Assembly: GCA_051362555.1 (NCBI GenBank)
Contig: CM120640.1
Location: 58,258,788 to 58,322,787, forward strand
Source of the DNA: Lingula anatina
Lineage: Eukaryota; Animalia; Brachiopoda
Direction: 5' to 3'
DNA length: 64,000 nt
Shown here: piece by piece, positions 11,582 through 50,100 of the stretch
Layout: each line of letters starts with the position of its first letter
Position numbering within the stretch: position 1 is the stretch's first letter
Made by a program: the position numbers and the translations under genes
Notes under the pieces: generated by a model
Told to the model about the DNA's origin: nothing
Seen by the model: the letters and a program-made list of their open reading frames with translations, nothing else
Database searches by the model: none

Positions 11582-14500
11582 ATGGCCTTAAGAGGGTGGC
11601 CACCGTATGGACTGGTTTTGGTACTGATAAGTTTTTTAATGTCCGGTGGGCATTGTTATTGGTGGAGCTATGACACGACAACGCCACCAACAACAACCAC
11701 GATGCCTACAACAGCGACAACAATCACATCGACGACGACACCGATCACAACGACAACAACAACTACTACTACAACTACTTCTACTTCTACTACTAGTAGT
11801 GCGACAACAAAACCAGAAATGATTCTAATTGAAAATGAGGAAGATGCACTTACAGGGGATCTAGATACCGACACAAATATTGTTCCATCGCTTAGTTTAA
11901 CTGGGGACGATAAAGATGAAGATGAAGATAAACACATTATACTTTTGGGTAATACGGAAAGCTCAACAGATGAGAAAACCAAAGAAAGAATTGACATTGG
12001 TTCTGGAGACGGAGAAATTATTGTCGCAAAAACCACTGAGCCATCCAGCACTCTATCTATTGAAATAACAGATGATAACACAGATGATCGGATCCTTGGT
12101 GTGACAGATGTCCCTATCATTAGTCTAACAGAGAGCGGGAATGGACAGAGAGGCATTACTCTTAAACCAGGCGACAAAAATATATTTACTGAAGAGGAAT
12201 TATACCCTGGATTTGCCAATGATACTCGTTTTACCTCAGGAGTGGTTAAAAGTCAAACTAACGAGGTGATAGTAAAGACAACAGTAAAAGGTATAGGTTT
12301 TGCGAATGAGACCGATTTAGAAAAGTCGCCCAATAGAACAGCTGAACAAGGTGGGGATACTGAAACTAATATCGTTGGTGTCATTTCTTACGGATTTGCA
12401 AATGAAACAAATCCAACGCTTCAAATTTCTGGCGGTGATAATAAAGGCGATTTCGAAAACACCAATGAAATTGATCGGACACCTGGTGGAAACGGGGAGA
12501 GTGATTCAGTTGCTCCGACATCTGCAACACCGAGAGGAAACAACATTGGCGTCGTAACTGGGGACTTGTCAAAGTACAGGACAGGAAAAGTTTACTTAAA
12601 TAAAGGCTGCCCTGCTAACAAAACACTGGCACTGGGATATACAATTGCCGCTCAAAAGTCCACAACAACTGTTCCAAAAATCACAAAGTCTGCTAAGAAC
12701 ACAGTAACACCGTCTGGGTCAACACAAACATTTGAGACTAACGAAGTTATAATTACTGACGAAAACAAAAAAATGGAAACTAAACCAGATCCTGTTGACA
12801 AAGCAAGGATACCATTAGAGGTAAGTGTAAGCTTCAACAAAGTTATTTCTTTCACCCTCGCTACATGTTGGTAAGGAAACACAGATGTTTAAGACTGATC
12901 TATGGTATAAGGTCAATATAAAACATAGTTCTGTGGCACACTTTCCCCTACAATATTGAAATAAAAACGCTATCTAACGTCCCATATTTATATAGATTCG
13001 TACACGGTGACTTAAAGTTACATCAATTTTCAGGAGTTTCTAGTTCGATTTGGTTATTTTCCTAATCCTCGCATAAAACCTGGGATGCCTGTAGACGTGT
13101 TACCATCATTTTCGAAGGAAGAACTGACAGAAGCTTTGAAGTAAGTTGACTCTGTTCGTGTTTAATTATCTTCACAGGCGTGCATAGGGGACACGCCCTG
13201 GAAGTCATTCTTTGCTCCCATGACGGAAAAATAAACAAGCAATAAACACTGTTATTCGCATTTTCTTGGCGTTTATTCTGTAGGAAATAGCACCAATATC
13301 TGAAAGGAAAGCCTTGTCTGTAGTAATCATGTCTGACTGCAGGTCTATGCCAAATTTTCTCATTATTTTCAATTTCGTCATGTAAATAGCTTCCCATTTC
13401 CGAACTTGATTCATGATTTTTTCAGTTTTAATAAAATGAAACTGAATTTTCATCATAATACCGTTAACACACGGTAGTTACACATTTTCATGCAGAAAAG
13501 TCTTTATTTTCGACCACAGGCTAATAATCTGTGTTGACCTCAGTCCACTCGGCAAGAATAAAAATATAATATGCAAAGGTACTAATAGTAGCTGGGCGGT
13601 AGCTTGAGCGCTTTCCAAAAATCAATTTTGTTCTGGGAATCCAAAAGTAACTGCTTTGTGAATCTTTTGTTAATTTGTTACCTAAAAAAGTGGTGTTAGA
13701 TTCCCCGGAAAAAGAAGAAGTAATACAAATGTCTTAATATGTCCCGGTTTCGCTACTTTACACATGAAGCAATGCCTCGTTCATGTAGAGTTAGATTGCC
13801 CTTAGTCGGTATATTTTGTTATTTTCAGGTGTAAAAATCTAATTATTTCATGAATAACATAAAATGAACATGGATAGTGTAATGAATATCTATGAAAATA
13901 ATAATAACACTCTTTAAAAGTTCGCTCGCTTTACATCGCAAGAATAAAAAATACCAACATGATTACATTCCATATGTTCTTGTTTCGAAGGCAATTTCAG
14001 CGACTGGTAGGCCTTCCAGAGACTGGTGAGCTGGACGCGGCAACAGTTAACAAGATGAAACAACCACGCTGCGGTGTCCCCGACTTCGATCCTTATAGGA
14101 AACCCAGTGACACTGCTATCCCTGAAAAAACTTATGCTTCCGGTAAAATATCATGGCAATATCTTTATATTAATCGACGAAATAACACATCTGCTTTTTG
14201 CATATCTTTTTTTATTATACTTTCTTTTAAATTAGTCATGATCTTGTTAGAAGAAATAATATTATTCATTTTGATTATTTTTTTTCTAGGCAGCAAATGG
14301 AATCAAAATTTTATTACCTGGAAGACGATAAATTTCTCTGACAAACTAGAAAAAGCAGAACAGAGGTATGTAGCCTATATGTAAATCCTGATATAACACA
14401 CCATACGGAAACCAGTTTCTTGTGCCTAGTACTAAATTATACCTTGGACGAATAATACCCTCTACCAGGGCGACTGATAGATTTTTTACAGATATTCACA

Positions 14501-17500
14501 GATATGTCTCTAGATAGATAGATGGTCAAATGAACATGTATCTATCTATCTAGAGACATATCTGTGAATATCTGTAAAAAATCTATCAGTCGCCCTGGTA
14601 GAGGGTAGACGAATAATACGGTATTATTTGTCCGAGATTGTACCAAAAATTATAAGACCGTCTTGAGACTCAATTAAACATGTCAATGAAAATAATTTCA
14701 TTGGTAGGCGTGCTTTTCACGAAGCTTTCCAACTGTGGGGTGAAGCAACGCAACTAGTATTCGAAGAGGTGGTAAATGGATCTCCCGATATAGAAATAAA
14801 ATTTGCTGAAGGAGATCATGGGGACGGATATTGGAATAGGTTTGATGGAGAAGGTATGTAGACTAATTTTGGCATTATTTCCCGTTTCCCCTTATCTATT
14901 AACAATCGGTTATAGGGTAACTTATATAATTATTAACAAGAATTCTTTTTTTTTTAAATATATTACAGTGCTTATCCGAATAAAAATATTTACATGGATT
15001 ATAACTTGAAAAAATTACAACAGCTCTTATTCGAAAGAAAGAAAAGAACGGTTAAATTGACAAATGTGACGGTAAAATTGACAAATGTGTTCGTAAAATT
15101 AGAAAGGTTTTAATGAAAAAATTGAACCCTACAAAAACATTCGAAAACAATGCTTCTTGGATGAAGGAATACGTTAATTTGATTGCAATTTTAGGAGGAG
15201 TACTGGCGCACGCTTTCTTCCCACCCAATGGTAACACCCACTTTGACGCTGCAGAGAACTGGACGCTGGATATACCGCAAGGGGTTAACATGTTGGCCGT
15301 CGCTGCCCACGAGTTTGGTCACGCTCTTGGGCTTGGTCATTCACGGAATACTGATGCTGTCATGGCGCCATACTATGGTGGTTATAAACCTGACTTGAAG
15401 CTCGAAGAAGATGATATACGAAGCATACAGAGTGTTTATGGTAAAATAACACGCTTCTTTTTCTATTTTGATGGGTTTGACGTCCTATATTGGTTTTATG
15501 GAATATACTGCGATAATTAAAAAAAAAAATTGCATTTTATAATAAGGTAGCGCACCATAAATGCAATTTACGTATTTGTAAAGTTGGATCATGATTGTAG
15601 AAATATTAGCAAGTCAGTAAATATCAAGTTGAGTTGTTTTGGTATACACGACAAAACTTGAATTCTTTTTCAAACTTGAACTAATACCACACAGGCTCAG
15701 ATGAAACAACTACATCAACTACCACCACTCCAACGACAACCTCGACGTCTCCAACTCCGCCAAGCACACAAACAACTACGACTGTGCCAACGCCGCCATT
15801 TAGAACTACAAGGAAGGAAACCCCATCTCCTACACAATCAACAGATGGCATTCCTTCAACCGATCGGTTTAGTACCTTAAAATTAACAAGTCCACCGCCT
15901 ACCCCGTCAACTGTCAGTGATTTAAGCACACCGGAACATAAGACTATCAGCTGTGAATTGACCACACCCAGCACAGTGGCGCCATCTAGGCCTTCAAAAC
16001 CTAAACCTAACATATGCACTGAAGATTTTGATGCTATTATACAGGGTATTCTAATGAGATTTCAAAACTTATACATTGAACAATATATTTGAAAAGAATG
16101 AGATAGATTTAAGCAGTCTTTTTGCAATCGATTCTTTCATCCTTTTTTGTCACAATTGATTTTATTAAAGATTGTATTAATATCCTATCACCAATTTTTG
16201 TGTACCTGGTAAATACATATTTATTAAATTAATATTTATTTAAATTTCATCCAGATTTCTTTGGAAGCATATATGTCTTTAAAGACAGATTTATATGGAA
16301 ACTGATAAAGGGAGGATTTGGAGTGGAGCCAAGCTATCCAAAGCCTGCCAGGAAAGTTTTTCTTAAATTTCCCAGATCAAAAATCAATGCAGCTGTGTAC
16401 TCTTGGAGGTCCGGAAGGACATATTTTTTCAGAGGTATGATTTACTTAACCTATCTTATACCAAACCCTTCACTTAGCACACTTATAAAAAGATAAAAAG
16501 ATATTCAGAGAATTTTGAGAAGGTAAAGAGGGCCAGGGCATCTTCAGAATCCTAAATTTGAAGGCAATGTTTCTACATGTAGACCATAGGTTAGGTGTGT
16601 CCATGTAATATAACACAGTTTTAAGAAAAATTAATAATAAGATAAGTATTTTTTTTAATTATACATTCTAGGTAACAGAGTTTGGATATATTATAATTAT
16701 AAACTTGCGGTAAGAAAACGAGTGAGGGATGTTCAGTTTCCAACAAATCCTGATGCAGCTCTAGCCTGGAGAGATGGAAGAATATACCTTTTTAAGGTAA
16801 GGTCAATGCCTCATGAAAACTTTAACAAGCATTTCATTGTTGGTTTTGAAACATGCACCGGATTTAAGTACCTTTGTCTATATAAAAAGAGAGAACTGAG
16901 TCAAAATGTGAATAACAAAGAGAAACCGCTTCAAAATGCTTTCTGTGCAGATGGCAGTATTGTTCTGTAAAATGTGGCATCACAAATTTTAAAGCAACAC
17001 CTGTCAAGCAGGTGAACTTAAGATTTTGAATAGCTATTTTCAAGCAAACACACTTCAGCTCACCTTGGAACCAGATAAATGCTTACTAAAAAATATTAAT
17101 CACATTATCATTCATTACCTCTACCAAGAGGGTTTTGTTTTTACCTCTATTTGTCTGTTGTCTGTTTGTCACCAACCTAACTAAAAAGTTATAAATAGAT
17201 TTTAATGAAACTTTCAGGATAGGTCACTTAACAGCAAACTGATTAGCTTTTGATGATGATACATTAATTAAAGGTTAATTATTAGTTAATAATTTGTTTT
17301 GGCAGAGGTATGCGCTCTCTGAGTGCTTTTCTAGTTCAAATATTCATTTTCTTTCAGGGCAATTACTATTGGATATTTGATGAAATCCGGTGGTCTGTTG
17401 GCTTTCCCCAGCGAATCCAGTCTTTTTGGCCAGGAATACCTAATAATATAGATGGTGCTTTCATGGATAGAAAGCAAAGATACAGCTACTTTTTCAAAAA

Positions 17501-17744
17501 AGACAAGTAAGCTCAACTGATCATTCTTGCAACCAAATAGAATGTTATTAAAATTATGATTACCTACTTAAGGTCACAATAATTCAATAAATGCTGTAAT
17601 TAAAAAAAATAAATATATCAAAATGTATTTTTGAATAATTTTTATAGGTACTACATGTTTGACGACTTTCTACGTGGAACTTTGTCAGGTGGGCCTCAAG
17701 TTAAGCATCCAAGATGGACAGGTTGTCCCAGAAGATCCATGTAA
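11582..17744 (+). CDS. Secreted matrix metalloproteinase (M10A matrixin) with a long mucin-like/acidic N-terminal insert, Thr/Pro-rich hinge and hemopexin domain, about 955 aa
   Basis: 11 phase-consistent exons: 11582-12820, 13034-13140 ([10 protein letters not shown]), 13991-14142 ([21 protein letters not shown] cysteine switch), 14290-14365, 14708-14853 (HGD..FDG), 15195-15440 ([35 protein letters not shown], zinc site and Met-turn), 15695-16045 (hinge), 16255-16434, 16672-16796, 17358-17506, 17648-17744 (hemopexin, ends WTGCPRRSM*). Sum is 2868 nt in frame. Signal peptide [25 protein letters not shown]; no TM or GPI tail. Orthology to a numbered vertebrate MMP cannot be assigned. Confidence 0.95.
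14456..14607. mobile_element. 152-bp palindromic (foldback) MITE with perfect 68-bp arms and a 9-bp TSD, in MMP intron 4
   Basis: 14456-14523 is the exact reverse complement of 14540-14607, with a 16-nt spacer. GACGAATAA is duplicated at 14447-14455 and 14608-14616. A 9-bp TSD with long TIRs is typical of Mutator-like elements. Confidence 0.88.
17115..17336 (+). mobile_element. Short Helentron-associated/DINE-1-like element (HINE) in MMP intron 9
   Basis: 5' subTIR tacctctaccaa (17116-17127) pairs with 3' ttggcagaggta (17299-17310). Also a (GTCT)-like microsatellite near the 5' end, a 3' stem-loop gcgctc-tct-gagtgc and a terminal CTAGTT. Confidence 0.75.
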
Positions 17745-18574
17745 TCTTAAAAGAGACTTTCAAAGACATTTTTCTCTAAAAAAACATACTAAATATCTCA
17801 TAATTTTCAGTTGAGCTACAACTTAATTTTTTTTTAGTCTGGTCTTCTCTTTTTTATTCACTTTATGTGAATGAACATATCATGTTTTCATACATTCATT
17901 TTATTTGGACCATAAGATCTTTTAGCAATAATTCCTGTACTATTACTACATATTTATATGTAAGAACATTATATCTAGTGGCATTCAACTAGCCAATTAT
18001 GTAAACACTATCACCTATATGTACTAAACATCACCATCTTCTTCATGAAAGATAAATAATAAGATTTAAGCTTTAATAATGCATAACTGGCATGAGATAG
18101 TAATACATTGTTAATTGATACAAAATATACCTTTTATGGTAAATTTTTTGGCAAATTTCCTTGACTTCTGAATCAAATTACATGTCAACAAATTTGAAAT
18201 AACAGAAGAAAATTAATATGAATAAATACAATGGAAGATATAACATATTCACAAAGAATAAGAATAAATAAATAAATAAATGAGCATGGTCAATCATAAA
18301 ACAATCAGTTTAATATGATGTTTGAATGCTAACACATGTAAAAAACTGACATATTGTTATAACAAAAAGGTGATGAAAATCAGCAGCATTTATTAAAATA
18401 ATATAATGGAATACTGTTAATGTCTGTTAATGTCTCTTAGGCCAATAACCAGGAACATCATCTGGAAATTGTAAAGGGGAAATTGTGAATTTTTCTTTGA
18501 CAAAACTGAGGGTTTTAAGGAACTTTTACTTTGGACTTAATAATATAAGTAATATTTTCATTTCTGAATAAATA

Positions 18575-18742
18575 TTACCTCTGCCAAGGAGGTTAATTTG
18601 TGTTTGCCTTTGTTGGTTTGGATAGATTAGCAATGGGCTAACTTAATATCAATCAGATTCTGGTGAACCATGAACTAATTTATATTTTTCTGAGAATTGA
18701 GCTGCCTTTTAGGATGTCTGTTCTCTGAATGCGTTTATAGTT
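18575..18742 (+). mobile_element. Degenerate second copy of the same HINE family, between the MMP and BLTP2 stop codons
   Basis: Starts ttacctctgccaaggaggtt and ends ...ttctctgaatgcgtttatagtt, resembling both termini of 17115-17336. The internal part is diverged or deleted. Confidence 0.55.
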
Positions 18743-19017
18743 ACAACTGAAATTCAAAGCTAAATACTAATTTTGAATATTAAGTAGTCTAAAGCTGGAT
18801 TAATAATTTGAATCCAAAGAAACCCCCTGGCTACAGGCCTGTCTCAGACAAAAATTGCATCCTAGAAAAAAGTCCAACTGCATACAAATACCTATGCATC
18901 TTACTGTATATAGTCTCCATAAACATCATTGTAAATATAAGCACTTGGCATAACAAGACCTGATCTTTTTAACAGTTACTCAACCATGCCAATGCCTTCA
19001 CTATCTGCATGTAATAT

Positions 19018-46906
<27,889 letters not shown>

Positions 46907-47172
46907 GATTACTGTAATAAAATGAGGATATCACATCCCACATTCGGATTTCCCTGTCTGGCAGCCGCCATTGTTTAAGTAGGTCAATCCCTCCACATGA
47001 CTGGAATTGACCAATCACTGAGGATTGTTCCGTACCGCTTGTTCATTACAGTCGCCATTATTGTCGTGTGAGAGCTAATGAAATTCAAAGATTTTGTGGG
47101 ATTTATGGCTTAAAAAGGAGTTTGATTTTATAACCAAATTTCCTCAAAGACGACGGAGGTCATGGAGTGACC
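46907..47172. promoter_or_regulatory. Bidirectional promoter shared by BLTP2 (-) and MED13 (+)
   Basis: Only 266 bp separate the divergent ATGs. CpG-richer than the gene bodies. CCAAT at 47011-47015 and YY1-like ATGGCG motifs on the - strand at about 46962-46974 and 47051-47060. Confidence 0.75.
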
Positions 47173-50100
47173 ATGAGCCACCCAAATCCAACGGGAAACG
47201 GCTGCAGTCTAGAGGATTGCCACACCAACCTCTTTGCTTTGGTGAGTTCATGAACCCGTACTTGAATGACTGTCTGAAACATTTTGTCGTCAATTACAAA
47301 TGTTATTTTATTAAGAATTATCAAAAGTATAGTGGTACTGCATATAATATGCCGTGGGATATGTTCCATGTTCTTTTGTACGAATTACCCGGTAGGTACA
47401 TGACTAAATTTCAATCTGGCAATTTCCCATAAGAGGCGCAGGAGGAACTTCGCACGTAGTTTCACGTATCGTGTTAGTTTGACATAAATAACACCGGGGT
47501 TGACCCATTTTATATTTTTCTTAATTTTGGTGTTGGGTTTTTATTTCAGACTGACTTAGCGGGTATCAAGTGGCGTAGACTGACTCATGGAAACGTCTTC
47601 TGTATTGACCCATTGGATGACCCTATTCTGTTAGCCTTCACCAAGTGTATTCAAGCTGATATATTATGTGTGTGGCGACGGGTTCACAAAGCAAGTGAAC
47701 AGAGAATAAATAATGACTACCTGAGCAAAAAAGAGCTTTGGGTATTCTGGTATGGGGATGAACCAGCAGACCTCAAGAGTATATTGTCTACAGATTTATT
47801 AGGTAGGAATATTTTGTTTTTATATATGTATATATACAGAGAGAGAGGGGGGAGAGCTGGATTTGTTCTTTACATATTACTGTCTGGTTGTAAACTGGTG
47901 ATGGAAAAAGTAACCTTTGAAAAAGGTGGGGTTATAAACTTGTTTTGCTTGAAATATTTAAAGAATGACCACAATTAAAATCTGGTCTTCATGATCTTTA
48001 AAAAGGAAACGAAATGGGATTTCCTAAGAATAAGATTGTTTAGTAGGAAGTATAAGAAGACGTGAGTTTACATTTCTTTTTATAGACCTATATACTCATG
48101 ATTCTCATAATGTCAGAAGAGAACACAAGCTGCATGTTTTATAGACTCAGAAGTGTCAAGTCTCAGTGGTTATTTTAGGATTATCCAGTGACAGATGTTT
48201 TCTTTATGTGCTGTTTTCAATTTTTTGTGTGTGATTGAAATGTTCGGAAATAACATATACAAATTGTTATTGAAAGAAATAGCTGATTTTCAAAGATATC
48301 CTTTGTTTCATTGATTCTGCCTATTGACAGGTGAATCTATTTATCTGAAATATCCTTTTATTTGAATGTATGTAAAATATGCAGTTGTAGAGGGTCACTT
48401 ACATGTGATGTAAGTTAACTGTTGTCTTTTCAATGGCAGTTCGCTTGCACCACCTGAGGTGGTGAGCTGGTTTCATTATACAATTAATTGCAATTGACCT
48501 CCGGGGAAAACACTGTCATTTACAAATCTAGCATAGTAGAGAGCTCTTGTGAAGAAATCCATTATTATTCTGGTAAAACATGTCCATTTATACAGCTTGG
48601 AAATATGTGGACGCTAAGCTGAGAACAGATGGTCATGGGATAGTCTCGCGGATTATAAAAATGCTAACTACCCTCAGTGTAACCTTTTGTCCAGTTCTTG
48701 GTGTTGAAAGATAACTTATGTCATTTAAATGCTGTGAATGATAGGTGATTAAAACGGATATTAGACATATTTTCATCAAAAGTAGCATAAGCTTTTTGGC
48801 TTGCAATTAGTTTTTAGTTGATCTTCAAATGGCATTTTAGTGTGTAGGAACAGATAGAAAAATTATCGTGATCTACAAACATGAACATTTTGAGATGGAT
48901 TGAGGATTAATATTTTATAACACTGAACTGGCACTGAACTATATTCTGACAATGATAATATAGTTCAGTGCCAATGAAGTATGCGCTATTATCACCTGGT
49001 TTATTGGTTTTATAGTAGTAGTTAAGGAATTAAGCTTTTCAAGATGTTTAATTTGTCTTAGTTGTAATCATCTGATTATTTGAATGAAGGTAAAAAATAA
49101 TAACAAAAAGCACAAGAATTAGTTGAGGTGGAAAGACACCATGACTGTAAAGCAATAACGTTATGTTTATACTTATATCCACAGATGGTATATTGATATT
49201 TTGCTGAATGCATTGGATAATTGTACACTATAAATGGTTTGCCATCTAGAAAAAACTATAAAATGGTTGATACTTGGTTAATATGTCTTCTCAGAAAGTC
49301 GGTATGGTGGGGAAGGTGATCATTTATCCACTCCATGTAAGACCTACACTTTAGCTGATGATAGATTGCACATTGGTGGAAGTGAGAAGGCTGTAACAAA
49401 AGCTAGTGCAAATAGCTTGAAATCTGCATAATAAGTATTGCCTTGGGAAGTGGCCTTTTTATGTGACAGACGCATTGATATAGCACTTCATCTGCAAGCT
49501 TTCAAGAAAACATCGACCTAATCTGTATCATTTGTCTATGTGCATATCTGAATGTAATTTTAATTTCTTTCTCTCTTGTTTTCTTGTGTTTTAGCTGAAG
49601 AGGAAGCTGGGTGCTGGGACACTGGCCTGTCTTATGAATGCAGAACCTTGCTGTTTAGGGCACTCCATAACCTTATTGAAAGGTAAGTTTATGAACAGTA
49701 CCATATGCCTGATGTTAATACAGATATTATATTTATTAGTATTATGATATATGTAGACCCCCAAATACTGTGTAGTTCAAGTTTGTGCACTCCATTTTGA
49801 TTTTACCGCACTTTTGTATGTTTTGCATCAATATTTGATTTTGATAGACATTGCTGCAACTAACAAGGTGGTGATTTATTAAAAAATATATTGTCCTTAG
49901 TTTATTGCTTTTACTGTAAAATTGCCACCTAACTATGAAACATTATACTGTTTGCAAATTTTTCAAAAAAAAAAAAAAAAAATGTGTGGGTCAAGAGCTC
50001 TGGACTTATGAATTTATAGATTATTGTTGACTTGTATTGATTTTAAATTAATGTGGAGGACAGCATACTTGAAATACCATGAGCAGGTCTAGACGAAATA

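Noticed and set aside
11668-12219. 183-aa minus-strand ORF with poly-Val
   Set aside because: Antisense shadow of the poly-Thr codons in MMP exon 1. The same applies to 15681-16019.
13631-13710. STAT-like (TTCTGGGAA, TTCCCCGGAA) and NF-kB-like motifs in MMP intron 2
   Set aside because: Short motifs expected by chance; not supportable without conservation or ChIP data.
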